32,000 nucleotides of DNA from Mycolicibacterium smegmatis (GTDB lineage: Bacteria; Actinomycetota; Actinomycetes; Mycobacteriales; Mycobacteriaceae), in assembly GCF_001457595.1 (NCBI RefSeq), contig NZ_LN831039.1, forward strand, positions 540,001-572,000. Direction: 5' to 3'. The number at the start of each line of letters is the position of its first letter. Position 1 is the stretch's first letter. The notes beneath the pieces were generated by a model. That model was not told the DNA's origin. It saw only the letters and a program-made list of their open reading frames with translations, and did not search any database. Both the position numbers and the translations under genes were made by a program. Below, in pieces: positions 1 through 9,159 of this stretch.

Positions 1-824
1 CTCAGGTGAGGAGAATCCTGTGCTGCGGCGGCGCCCTTGCGCAGATCGAAACGTAGTACCACTCGCGCCGTGGTCTCGACTGCCGCACCACACGACTCAC
101 CGTCACCCTGTGCGAAGTGTCCGTCACCGACCGAGAACAGCGCTCCCGGTACCCACACCGGGAGGTGGACGCGACTGCCTGCGGTCAGGTGTTTGATGTC
201 GACGTTGCCGGCCGCCTCGGTGGGCGAGATGGTGCGCCGTCCCGGATCCGCCGCGCGGTCCGGTGGCACGGCCGAGGTGGGATTGGGAAGTTCGACCAGT
301 CCACCGCCCTGCGCGGCGCGCTGTTCGGCCGCCTTGGTGCGGTCGAACAAAGCGCGGGAAGGTGCGACGCCCATGACGCCCATGAACGGTGCTCCCGGTA
401 GCCGCACGCCGGGCAGGTCCGCCGAATGCGCAAACCCGTCGGCGATCTCCCAGCGCACGATGTGTGGTTCGGTGAACTCCTCACGCAAGAATCCGAACCC
501 GGGAATGTTCAAGGTGGCTCCGAAGTTCCCGGTGTCCACGGAAAGAACGTCGACCACGAGGAGATCACCGGGTTCGGCACCTTCGATGTGTATCGGCCCC
601 GTGAGCGGGTGGATACGGGCCAAGTCGGCGCGGAGCACATCGTCGGCGGTCGAGGCGCGGCCGAACTGACCGTCGTAGCCGTCGCGGGTGTCGATCGCCA
701 CGATATCGCCGGGGACACAACGCAGTACGGCAGGAATGTCGGGATGCCACCGGTTGTGCCCGGCTCGCGGATCCGCGATGAGGGGTCGGTCCAGATCGAC
801 AGTGATCTCGTGCGTGACATTCAT
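1..824 (-). CDS. Acetamidase/formamidase-family amidohydrolase, N-terminal ~274 codons; the 3' end lies beyond the window edge, so it is absent from the supplied ORF track
   Basis: Hand translation of the minus frame from ATG at 824 gives MNVTHEITVDLDRPLIADPRAGHNRWHPDIPAVLR ... EFTEPHIVRWEIADGFAHSA ... VLRFDLRKGAAAAQDSPHL. The frame was spot-checked at both ends and in the middle and was open to base 3. GHNRWHPDIP is the conserved N-terminal motif of FmdA/AmdA-type enzymes. The ATG overlaps the amidase stop (ATGA at 821-824). Confidence 0.8.
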   Translation of the reverse strand, partial: MNVTHEITVDLDRPLIADPRAGHNRWHPDIPAVLRCVPGDIVAIDTRDGYDGQFGRASTADDVLRADLARIHPLTGPIHIEGAEPGDLLVVDVLSVDTGNFGATLNIPGFGFLREEFTEPHIVRWEIADGFAHSADLPGVRLPGAPFMGVMGVAPSRALFDRTKAAEQRAAQGGGLVELPNPTSAVPPDRAADPGRRTISPTEAAGNVDIKHLTAGSRVHLPVWVPGALFSVGDGHFAQGDGESCGAAVETTARVVLRFDLRKGAAAAQDSPHL

Positions 825-2350
825 GGTGCGCTCACTTTCGCTGGGAGGAACCCGCCGGTCGCCTCTTCGTACGCGTGCGCGACGCGCAACACGGTGGCGT
901 CGTCGAAATGGCGACCGACGATCATCATGCCCGTCGGCAGGCCGTCCACCAGACCCGCCGGCACACTGCACGCCGGGTGCCCGGATACGTCGAGGCCGGC
1001 CGTGTTGGCCATCATCTCCAATGCACGGGCGAGATACTCGTCGCGGGGAGCATCGGATTCCGGGATCGGCGTGGCCACCAGCGGCGTGGTCGGCATGACG
1101 AGGACGTCGAAGCGTGACAGCGCGTCATCGTACGCGGCCCGCAACCGGGGCACCAGGTTGCGGGCCTTTGCATAATGCGCGCCGTGGTGGCGTCGGATGG
1201 TGTGCCGCCCGGTCAGAAGTACGAGCTTCACGGTGTCCGGCAACAGTGTTCCGTCCGCTTGCCTGCGGGATCCGAAGAATTCGATCAACGCAGGGTCGTA
1301 CGCTCCCTGCCAATTCATCCCGTAGGCATTGCCGTCGACCATCTGGGTCGTCGCACCTTCCACGGCGATCACGTCCCAGATCTTGCGTCCGTGCCGGTGC
1401 CACGGAATCGACACGTTCTCGCACTGCATTCCCTGCGCACGCAACACGTCGACCGCGCGGCGAACAGCGTCGTCCACTCCCGGTACCGCCTCTGGGTGGC
1501 CGAAGCCCTCGCACAGAACGCCGACACGCATCCCGGCGACCGGTCGCTTCAGCTCCGCGACGTAGTCGGGCACGGCGACACGCGTCGGCTGACGCGGGTC
1601 GAGGCCATCGCGTCCGGCGAGGACCCCGAGGAGCAGGGCGGCGTCGGCAACGGTACGTGTCATGGGGCCCAGGTGGTCGAGAGTCTGTTCGATGGGGAAG
1701 GCGCCGGTGTAGGGGACGAGCCCGTGAGTCGGTTTGTGCCCGACGATTCCGGTGAAGGCGGCCGGCAGACGTACCGAACCTCCCTGGTCGCCGCCGGTGG
1801 CGATGTCGACTATGCCGGCCGCGACCAATGCCGCGCTGCCGCTTGACGACCCACCGGAGGTCCGTGTCGGATCCCAGGGGTTTCGCACGGGTCCGGTGGC
1901 GGAGGTGTGTGAAGCTCCGGAGAAGCAGAGGTCTTCGCACACCGCCTTGCCGGCGATCGTGGCGCCGGCAGCCAGCATCCTGCTGATTATGGTGGCGTCG
2001 GTGTCCGGGATGAACCCCTCCAGCGCGGCAGAGCCGTTCATCATCGGTACGCCCGCCACCGCGGTGTTGTCCTTGACGGCGACTCTGCGACCGGCCAGCG
2101 GACCGTCGGTGGATTCGGTGATATCGCACGTGACGTACCAGGCCCCGAACGGATTGTGTTCAGGCTCGGCCCATGTACGTGTCACCGCATCTGGGCGTTC
2201 ACGTTCGTAGAGCTCGTCGACGAGGTCCCACGAACGCAGGACTTCGGAGACGTGCGGGACGAACTCGGCGAGTTCTCCTTCGGAGAGTCCGAGACCGTAT
2301 GCGTCTGCGATGGGCGACAACTCGGTGACACCGGGGGTTTGGGAGGGCAT
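821..2350 (-). CDS. Amidase-signature (AS) family amidase, 509 aa
   Basis: Contains VAVKDNTAVAGVPMMNGS and the Gly/Ser-rich GGSSSGSAALVAAG signature typical of Ser-cisSer-Lys amidases. ATG at 2350 has AGGAA 6 nt upstream. Confidence 0.9.
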   Translation of the reverse strand: MPSQTPGVTELSPIADAYGLGLSEGELAEFVPHVSEVLRSWDLVDELYERERPDAVTRTWAEPEHNPFGAWYVTCDITESTDGPLAGRRVAVKDNTAVAGVPMMNGSAALEGFIPDTDATIISRMLAAGATIAGKAVCEDLCFSGASHTSATGPVRNPWDPTRTSGGSSSGSAALVAAGIVDIATGGDQGGSVRLPAAFTGIVGHKPTHGLVPYTGAFPIEQTLDHLGPMTRTVADAALLLGVLAGRDGLDPRQPTRVAVPDYVAELKRPVAGMRVGVLCEGFGHPEAVPGVDDAVRRAVDVLRAQGMQCENVSIPWHRHGRKIWDVIAVEGATTQMVDGNAYGMNWQGAYDPALIEFFGSRRQADGTLLPDTVKLVLLTGRHTIRRHHGAHYAKARNLVPRLRAAYDDALSRFDVLVMPTTPLVATPIPESDAPRDEYLARALEMMANTAGLDVSGHPACSVPAGLVDGLPTGMMIVGRHFDDATVLRVAHAYEEATGGFLPAKVSAP

Positions 2351-2386
2351 GTCTGGTTCCTGTTCAGATGTGGCGAGGACGGCCGG

Positions 2387-3418
2387 TCAGTCGGTTGCAA
2401 GGGCCGTACGGGCATTCGCGGCCAGGTCGGTGTTCACGTTGTTCTCATAGGAGGTGGCGTCTGACGGATACGCGGCGATGTTCTTGGTGAACAGGGAGAT
2501 CCGCATGTTGTTGTCCCAGGACTGCCGGGTTACGGTGACATCTTCGGCGTAGCCTTTGGCCTCGATCTCGCGTTGCACGGCCGCCTCGATGACTTCGCGG
2601 GAGAGGTCGGGAAAGTATTCGGTTGCGATGTCCACCGTTGCCTCGGGTTCGGAGTAGATGAACCTGGCCGCCTTGGCGATCGCGGTGACGACTCCTTGAG
2701 CCGCCTCCGGATTCTGTTGCAGATATCGATCGGTGGACGTCAGGCTGGAGAAGGCGAAAGGATTCCAGCTGGGATTTGCCGCGAAGGAGTAGACGACGTC
2801 GAGATTTTGATCGACCACTGCCTGGCTGACGGTGGGTTCGAAAGACAGTGCGTAATCGGCCTGCCCGCTGGCGACGGCGGCGAGTTCGCTGCCCAGCGCC
2901 ACGTTGACCAAACTGACGTCCCGCAGGGTGTCCTGTTCGATCAGATACGTCATGAATGCCCAACTCGTGTCCGGTTCGGGGCTCACCGCCACCTTCTTCC
3001 CCTCGAAGATCGAGGAGTTGTCGAGGGTGCCGTCATTGTTCTCGCGGCCGATGACGAAAACCGATGGTGCGTTCTGAATGGCGGCCACCACGACGCCCGG
3101 ACCGCCGTTCTCGTGAGACTTGGGGACGAAGACCGGGTCCTGGATCGAGAAGTCAGCCGATCCGCCCAGGACCGCCGTCCAGGACTGCGTCCCACCTCCG
3201 CCGGTGGAGATCTCGGCGTGAATGTTCTGCTCTTCGAAGTATCCCTTCTCCTTCGCAACGTAGAGCGGTAAATAGAGCAGAGACTGGAATGCCTGGCTGA
3301 TGCGGACTGCCGTTTTTCCGTCGGTGCGTTGCGGGGCACTGCCGGCGCAACCGCTGACGAGGAGCATGGTCAAGACGACGAGTGCGGCGGCGGGCGACCG
3401 AAGTCTTTTCCCGTTCAT
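2387..3418 (-). CDS. ABC transporter substrate-binding lipoprotein, NMT1/THI5-like (NitT/TauT family)
   Basis: Signal peptide with lipobox LLVSGC, then periplasmic-binding-protein-like sequence. The track start at 3424 is a TTG. ATG at 3418 (MNGKRLRS...) with GAAAGG 8 nt upstream is preferred. Confidence 0.85.
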   Translation of the reverse strand: MNGKRLRSPAAALVVLTMLLVSGCAGSAPQRTDGKTAVRISQAFQSLLYLPLYVAKEKGYFEEQNIHAEISTGGGGTQSWTAVLGGSADFSIQDPVFVPKSHENGGPGVVVAAIQNAPSVFVIGRENNDGTLDNSSIFEGKKVAVSPEPDTSWAFMTYLIEQDTLRDVSLVNVALGSELAAVASGQADYALSFEPTVSQAVVDQNLDVVYSFAANPSWNPFAFSSLTSTDRYLQQNPEAAQGVVTAIAKAARFIYSEPEATVDIATEYFPDLSREVIEAAVQREIEAKGYAEDVTVTRQSWDNNMRISLFTKNIAAYPSDATSYENNVNTDLAANARTALATD

Positions 3419-3430
3419 GTTCAATACCTT

Positions 3431-4264
3431 TCAGGACTTCTGGTGGCGGCCGAGGATGCGCTCGAGACCGGCGACGAGGATGTTGAAAACGAGGACCATG
3501 ACCATCACGATCGCGATGCCTGCGATGACGAGGGTGATGGTGAAGTTGGAACTGCCGCGAAGGATCATGTGTCCCACACCGGCGTCGGAACTGATGTATT
3601 CGCCGACGATCGCACCGACAAGTGCGAAGCCGATGTTGAGTTTCAGCCCGGAAACCACCCAGGACATCGCCGAGGGCACGACGAGCTTGCGGAAGATCTG
3701 TGACCGGGTGGCCCCGAAGGACTTCATCAGATTGACCAGGTCAGGGTCGGTCCGGCGAGCACCGCTGTACGAGGTGGTGAGGCTCACGACCACGCAGGAG
3801 AAGGCGACGATCACCACTTTGGAGGTCATCTCCGTGCCGAACCAGATGATCGTCAGGGGTGCCACGGCCAATACCGGGATCGAGCCGATTGCCGCGATGA
3901 ACGGAGCCGTGAGATCAGCGACGAACTGTGAGTACCACAGCAGCAGCCCCAACGCGGAGCCGCCGACGGCCCCGACCAGAAACCCGAGTATGACTTCGGA
4001 ACTCGTTACACCGATGTCGCTCCACAATTCACCGGAGACGGCACGCTTGTAGAGCACATTCCATACCGCGCTGGGACTACCGAACAAGAATGAGCTGATG
4101 GATCCGCTTCGTGCTCCCAATTCCCAAGCAGCCAAAGCAGATAGCACGATCCCACCCTGAAGTGCGTGGAGGATGACACGCCTTCTGCCCGGGGACGGTG
4201 TCGAGGTGCGGCGTCGGGGCGATTGCGGAACGGTGGCGGCTCGCTGAGGCAGTACGGTGGTCAT
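3431..4264 (-). CDS. ABC transporter permease (NitT/TauT family), ~277 aa
   Basis: Multi-TM protein of binding-protein-dependent transport type. The track ORF (to 4465) overlaps the upstream ATPase. Internal ATG at 4264 (MTTVLPQRAAT...) follows GAAGGAGAG and sits 44 nt after the ATPase stop. Confidence 0.8.
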   Translation of the reverse strand: MTTVLPQRAATVPQSPRRRTSTPSPGRRRVILHALQGGIVLSALAAWELGARSGSISSFLFGSPSAVWNVLYKRAVSGELWSDIGVTSSEVILGFLVGAVGGSALGLLLWYSQFVADLTAPFIAAIGSIPVLAVAPLTIIWFGTEMTSKVVIVAFSCVVVSLTTSYSGARRTDPDLVNLMKSFGATRSQIFRKLVVPSAMSWVVSGLKLNIGFALVGAIVGEYISSDAGVGHMILRGSSNFTITLVIAGIAIVMVMVLVFNILVAGLERILGRHQKS

Positions 4265-4307
4265 CGGCTCTCCTTCGGGGATGTGCGCACATAGAGGTGC
4301 CAGGGCG

Positions 4308-5156
4308 TCATGCTGCACCCGGCTTCTGACCGATTCCGCGCCAGATCTTTTCGTAGAATTCGTTGAAGCGCGGTGCCAGTCGCCTTTCATTGATGTCGGT
4401 GCTGGTGGTGCCGAGGTCGATCGGAAATTCGGAGACGACCTCACCGGGCCGTGCCTTGAGTACATACACGCGGTCGGACATGGTGACCGCTTCTTCGATG
4501 TCGTGGGTCACGGCGACGACAGTCTTTCCGGTAGTTCGAGCCGTTTCTAGCAGCTCGCTTTCCAGCGCTATCTTGAGCGGGTAGTCCAACGCCTTGTAGG
4601 CCTCGTCCATGAGGATGATGTCGGGGTCCGTCACCATCGTGCGCATCAGTGCCGCACGCTGTTTCATCCCACCGGAGAGATCTGATGGGTACTTGTCCTC
4701 ATAACCTTCGAGCTTGTAGGTGGCGAACAAGGAGCGTGCTCGGGTGCGCGCATCTTTCTTGCGGACACCGCGGACCTCAAGGCCGAGGACGACATTTTCC
4801 AGCACCGTCCTCCAGGGGAACAGCAGATCCTTCTGCAGGACGTATCCGATGTGCCGGGACGTCGAACCGGTGACGTCCTCGCCGTTCACCAACACCGAAC
4901 CCGCCGTCGGGGGAACCAGGCCGGTGATGATGTTGAACAGGGTGGACTTGCCGCAGCCACTCGGGCCCACGATGGAGACGAACTCGCCTCGATCGGCACG
5001 CAGACTCAGTCCGCGCAGAATCTGGATCGGGCCCGTGGCAGCGGGGTACTCCTTGTCTATGCCGACCACCTCCAATCTTGGCGTCTGACGTTCCGTGGAC
5101 AAATCGTTCGCGAACGAATCAACTACCGACATATCGCTCATATATCGCAATCCCAT
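4308..5156 (-). CDS. ABC transporter ATP-binding protein (NitT/TauT family)
   Basis: Walker A GPSGCGKST, ABC signature LSGGMKQRAALMR, Walker B ILMDE. The start is ambiguous (ATG at 5156, 5141 or 5132). The track start at 5489 would overlap the divergent gene and is rejected. Confidence 0.85.
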   Translation of the reverse strand: MGLRYMSDMSVVDSFANDLSTERQTPRLEVVGIDKEYPAATGPIQILRGLSLRADRGEFVSIVGPSGCGKSTLFNIITGLVPPTAGSVLVNGEDVTGSTSRHIGYVLQKDLLFPWRTVLENVVLGLEVRGVRKKDARTRARSLFATYKLEGYEDKYPSDLSGGMKQRAALMRTMVTDPDIILMDEAYKALDYPLKIALESELLETARTTGKTVVAVTHDIEEAVTMSDRVYVLKARPGEVVSEFPIDLGTTSTDINERRLAPRFNEFYEKIWRGIGQKPGAA

Positions 5157-5273
5157 CTCGTGTGCTGCCGTGGTGGCGACCTTGTGAAAGTTGCCCGGAG
5201 CAGTCACAGAACGACCGGTGAGCAACCAGATCCTGGATGTGTGCTGGCTAAAGCGAAGCACATGAAGTACCTG

Positions 5274-5291
5274 TGAGCAACCGATTGCGCA
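5274..5291. promoter_or_regulatory. Candidate LacI-family operator A (TGAGCAACCGATTGCGCA)
   Basis: 14 of 18 positions are self-complementary around a central CG (TG-GCAA-CG-TTGC-CA pattern). It lies in the divergent intergenic region 5157-5388. Confidence 0.45.
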
Positions 5292-5305
5292 AAATGCCTT
5301 AAAGG

Positions 5306-5323
5306 TGGACAATCGATTGCGCA
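5306..5323. promoter_or_regulatory. Candidate LacI-family operator B (TGGACAATCGATTGCGCA)
   Basis: 14 of 18 positions are self-complementary. It shares CAAyCGATTGCGCA with operator A, 32 bp away. Confidence 0.45.
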
Positions 5324-5388
5324 CCCCGAACCTCATGTTGTTCGGGTGAGCCCACCAATCTGCGTTCGCCGTCCAGAGAGGAGGCGCG

Positions 5389-6561
5389 ATGTCCCTGCTT
5401 GAAGGAGTCCGCGTCGTCAGCTTCACACATTTTCTCCAGGGGCCGTCAGCAACGGCGCTCCTTGCTGATCTCGGTGCCACCGTCATCAAGGTGGAACCGC
5501 CGAGTGGCGCCTTCGAACGGTCGTGGTCCGCGCCGGACGCCTACCTGAACGGGGAGAGCGTCTTCTTCCTGCTCGGGAACCGCAACGTGGAAAGTGTCGT
5601 CGTCGACCTGAAGGATCCGGAGTGGCTCGAGGTGGTGCTCCGCCTGCTGGACGAGGCGGACGTGTTGATCGAGAGCTTCCGTCCCGGGGTCATGGATCGC
5701 CTGGGCCTCGGCTGGGAACGGTTGCGTGAGCGGAATTCTCGGCTCGTCTACTGCTCACTGTCGGGATACGGCAGCGATGGCCCGTACAAGGACCGACCCG
5801 GGCAGGATGTTCTGCTGCAGTCGATGGCGGGCATTGCGTCGGTCACGGGAACAGCCGACAGACCGCCGACGCCGGTGGGAGCCTCGCTCGTTGATCAACA
5901 CGGGGCAGTTCTCGGTGCTTTCGGGATCCTGGCCGCTCTGCACGGTCGAGATCGAACCGGGCAGGGAACACGGGTGGAGAGCAACCTGCTGAGTGCTGCG
6001 ATGGACCTGCAGATCGAACCCCTGTCGTACTTCTTGAACGGATTCGACGGCATCCGAAGTGCGACCGGTATCTCTTCTCCCTACTACAAATCGCCGTACG
6101 GGGTTTTCGCCACTGCAGACGGTTACCTGACGTTGTCGCTCAACGCGCTGGAGAAACTGGCGGAACTGTTCGAGGACAACTGGTTTCGGTCGATCGGTGA
6201 ACAGTCCTCCTATGCGCGCAGGGAAGAAATCAATGAGCGCGTAGCGGTGCATCTGGGGAAGCGTTCGACGGAGGAATGGACGACGCTGCTCGCAGCGGCG
6301 CAGATGTGGTTCGCGCCGGTCAACGGCTATGCCGAGGTGGTCGACGACCCGCAGGTCAACCACAACGGTTCGGTGATCGAGATCCAGCATCCCCGGGCAG
6401 GTGCGGTGAAGCTGCTAGCGCACCCGATCACTTACGACGGCCAGCGCCCGGGCGTGCGCAGCACGCCACCCGAACTGGGCGGCTCGAATCGCAAAGTACT
6501 CGCCGAACTCGGCTACAGCACAGAACACATCGATCGACTTCAGGCAAAGGTGCAGAAATGA
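5389..6561 (+). CDS. Family III CoA-transferase (CaiB/BaiF-like), 390 aa
   Basis: N-terminus MSLLEGVRVVSFTHFLQGPSATALLADLGATVIKVEPP is typical of the family. ATG is preceded by GAGAGGAGG. Confidence 0.9.
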   Translation: MSLLEGVRVVSFTHFLQGPSATALLADLGATVIKVEPPSGAFERSWSAPDAYLNGESVFFLLGNRNVESVVVDLKDPEWLEVVLRLLDEADVLIESFRPGVMDRLGLGWERLRERNSRLVYCSLSGYGSDGPYKDRPGQDVLLQSMAGIASVTGTADRPPTPVGASLVDQHGAVLGAFGILAALHGRDRTGQGTRVESNLLSAAMDLQIEPLSYFLNGFDGIRSATGISSPYYKSPYGVFATADGYLTLSLNALEKLAELFEDNWFRSIGEQSSYARREEINERVAVHLGKRSTEEWTTLLAAAQMWFAPVNGYAEVVDDPQVNHNGSVIEIQHPRAGAVKLLAHPITYDGQRPGVRSTPPELGGSNRKVLAELGYSTEHIDRLQAKVQK

Positions 6562-7340
6562 CGATCCAGGACAGCGTCGCTCAGAAGCAGTCCGAGGTTC
6601 GGATCCAGCTGGACCGCAGCGTGCTGCACGTCCTGCTGGACCGTCCCCGGAAGCGCAATGCACTCGACCTGACCATGATTCGGTCGATCTCTCGCGCAAT
6701 CGACGGGCGACCGACGGACACCAGGGTGGTGGTGATCAGCGGCGGTGCGTTCTTCTCCGCCGGCGCGGACATAGCGACGTACAAACGGGGTGACCAAGGC
6801 GAGATCGGTGAGATCACCCGCGCGGCAGGCGCGGTGATCGACACGATGACCACGGCGCCGATCCCGGTGATTGCGGCAGTGGAGGGGATGGCCCTGGGCG
6901 GCGGATTCGAACTGGCGATGGGTGCCGATATCGTCGTCGCCGGCGAGTCGGCTAAACTCGGGCTTCCCGAGGTGGCGCTGGGTTTGATTCCCGGATGGGG
7001 TGGGACGCAAAGGTTGTCAGCCCAGATCGGTATCCGGCGAGCAAAGCAGATCATCATGCTTCAGCAGACGATATCGGCCGAGGACGCCTGCACGCTCGGG
7101 CTTGTCAATGAAGTTGTCCCCGACGGCACAAGCCTGAACCGTGCACTGGAGATGGCTCACCAACTCGCGGCATCGTCCGCCACTGCTCTGGCAGCCACCA
7201 AGCGCCTCGTTTCCGGGATCGAGCGAAACTTGGCCTACAGCGATGAACGCGCGGCGCTCATGGAGTTGTTCGGTTCGCCGGACGGCATAGAGGGAGTAAC
7301 CGCCTTCGTCGAGAAGCGGCCCGCCAACTTCGGCCGCTGA
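6558..7340 (+). CDS. Enoyl-CoA hydratase/isomerase (crotonase superfamily), 260 aa
   Basis: MTIQDS... start overlaps the CoA-transferase stop (ATGA at 6558-6561). Crotonase motifs FFSAGADI and AAVEGMALGGGFELAMGADI are present. The track ORF from 6276 is an upstream extension. Confidence 0.9.
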   Translation: MTIQDSVAQKQSEVRIQLDRSVLHVLLDRPRKRNALDLTMIRSISRAIDGRPTDTRVVVISGGAFFSAGADIATYKRGDQGEIGEITRAAGAVIDTMTTAPIPVIAAVEGMALGGGFELAMGADIVVAGESAKLGLPEVALGLIPGWGGTQRLSAQIGIRRAKQIIMLQQTISAEDACTLGLVNEVVPDGTSLNRALEMAHQLAASSATALAATKRLVSGIERNLAYSDERAALMELFGSPDGIEGVTAFVEKRPANFGR

Positions 7341-7370
7341 CAGCCGAATCGGCGCCCCGCGCGTAGTCGA

Positions 7371-8399
7371 TCAGTCACGCGTCGGAGGCGCGGTGGTCTC
7401 TCTCACCAGCAGTTCAGGGGTGGGTTGGGTGACCACCGTGTCGGTCAAAGCCCGTCCCCCGAGATGTTCCATCAGAACATCCGCGGCCACTTCGCCGAGG
7501 CGCTGTAGCGGAAGCCTCACTGTGGTGAGTGCGGGATAAACGGTATCCGACACCCAGGTTGTGTTGATACCCACAATCGAGAGGTCCTCGGGGACACGCA
7601 ATCCCAGCCGCAACGCGGTTGACAGAGCTCCAACCGCGGCATTGACGCTGGCGACGACGACAGCGGTTGGCCCGTCCGGCTTTCCGAGGTTCGCACCCCG
7701 GTACAACGTGTTGAGCGCGGCGGAACCGGCATCGGCTTCCCATCCGGCGTCGACCACCCACGCGGCTTCTGACCGAAGGCCCGCGCTCGCGAGTGTTTCG
7801 AGATACCCCTCTTTACGCCGCTGTGCTGTGTCGTGGATCGCTGTGCCGGATATGAACGCAATTCTGCTGTGACCCAGAGTGATCAGATGCTCTGTGGCGA
7901 TACCGCCGCCTTTTTGGTCATCGAGGATCACCGATCCCACCCGGCCGGGGACTCGGGAGTTGATGGTGACCGCGGGGACACCTTCGAGCACGGCGGCCAG
8001 CATGTCGTCGTCAAAATCCTCACGCCTCTGGAGCAGTACGCCATCGACGCGGCCTTCACTCACCAGTCGTGACAGCTGTTGTGTACCGCGGGGTGGCGCG
8101 TCGATTTGGCCCAGTAAGACGTCGGTCGAGTGGCCTGAGGCGGCCATTTGCACACCGGAGAACATGTCGGCGAAGACGGCGTTGTTGACATCGGGAACTA
8201 TGAGACCGATTGTTCCGGAACGGGAATGACGTAAAGCCCGGGCGCGCGCGTTAGGTACGTAGTTCAGTTCGTCAGCGGCCGCGAGTACGCGTGCACGTGT
8301 GGCTTCACTCATCCGGGCGCGGGTGTCGCCACTGAGAGCCCGAGACGCTATCGAGACCGAGACCCCCGCGGCGCGTGCCACATCGGCGAGAGTTCCCAC
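7371..8399 (-). CDS. LacI-family transcriptional regulator, 342 aa (GTG start)
   Basis: N-terminal HTH TLADVARAAGVSVSIASRALSG, followed by a periplasmic-binding-protein-like effector domain. Confidence 0.9.
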   Translation of the reverse strand: MGTLADVARAAGVSVSIASRALSGDTRARMSEATRARVLAAADELNYVPNARARALRHSRSGTIGLIVPDVNNAVFADMFSGVQMAASGHSTDVLLGQIDAPPRGTQQLSRLVSEGRVDGVLLQRREDFDDDMLAAVLEGVPAVTINSRVPGRVGSVILDDQKGGGIATEHLITLGHSRIAFISGTAIHDTAQRRKEGYLETLASAGLRSEAAWVVDAGWEADAGSAALNTLYRGANLGKPDGPTAVVVASVNAAVGALSTALRLGLRVPEDLSIVGINTTWVSDTVYPALTTVRLPLQRLGEVAADVLMEHLGGRALTDTVVTQPTPELLVRETTAPPTRD

Positions 8400-8441
8400 G
8401 CTGCCATGATAGGTGCCGACGCCGCAGAAGCCGCGCCAGGT

Positions 8442-9077
8442 CTACAGCGCGAGCCCCCGAATCGACCACACCGTGAGGTAGGCCAGCCCGAAGAACGCCG
8501 CGACGGCGATCGCCACGCCCGTCGACTGCACATATGCCAGCGGGGCGCGCATCCAGTCGAAGGTGGCCGCGACCACCGCGTCGGGCTGGGTGACCAGATC
8601 CCACGAGTTCCAGCGCTGGAACCGGCCGATCACCACGCCGATCGCACACAGTCCCACCGACAGCACGGCGGCCAACCATCCCCAGGCCGCGCCGAATTCG
8701 CGTGAGATCCGTGTGTGCACGAGAAGCAGCGACACCACCCCGAGCAGGATGCCGGTCCAGGCCGCGAACCCGTACTGCAGCACGTGCCGCCACAGCTCGT
8801 AGCCCTCGCCGAGGTGCACCAGATCAGTGACCAGGTAGGGGGCGTTGGGAAGGAACGCCAGCCAGACCAGGCCCAGCGGTATCAGCCAGAAACGCCGCTC
8901 CGCCAGGTCGAACGCGACCGCGCACAGCATCGGGATCCAGGCCAGGAAAAGGTTCCACACCAGGAATTTGGTCGGGTACGACAGGGGAGCGGCGGGATCG
9001 GTGAATCCCAGCGCCAGTGTCAGAGCCGTCGTGGCCGCCAGCGAGATGATCAGCAGGAACCCGCGCGCTTCGGTCAT
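8442..9077 (-). CDS. Integral membrane protein, DUF1361-like, ~211 aa
   Basis: Motifs WNLFLAWIP, LPNAPYLVTDLVHL and RFQRWNSWD match my recollection of DUF1361, and there are several hydrophobic spans. ATG at 9077 (MTEARGF...) is preferred. The track start (GTG at 9125) lies inside the upstream hairpin. Confidence 0.65.
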   Translation of the reverse strand: MTEARGFLLIISLAATTALTLALGFTDPAAPLSYPTKFLVWNLFLAWIPMLCAVAFDLAERRFWLIPLGLVWLAFLPNAPYLVTDLVHLGEGYELWRHVLQYGFAAWTGILLGVVSLLLVHTRISREFGAAWGWLAAVLSVGLCAIGVVIGRFQRWNSWDLVTQPDAVVAATFDWMRAPLAYVQSTGVAIAVAAFFGLAYLTVWSIRGLAL

Positions 9078-9112
9078 GCGATCAGTGTGCCTTCCGCGCT
9101 GGTGCCACAACG

Positions 9113-9147
9113 AGAAGAGGGGCACCCACGTGGGGTGCCCCTCTTCT
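9113..9147 (-). terminator. GC-rich hairpin downstream of small-peptide gene 1 (15-bp stem, 5-nt loop)
   Basis: agaagaggggcaccc / acgtg / gggtgcccctcttct is perfectly complementary. It begins 12 nt after the stop at 9160. There is no clear U-tract after it on the minus strand (CGUUGUGG). Confidence 0.55.
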
Positions 9148-9159
9148 GACGTCGGGGTG

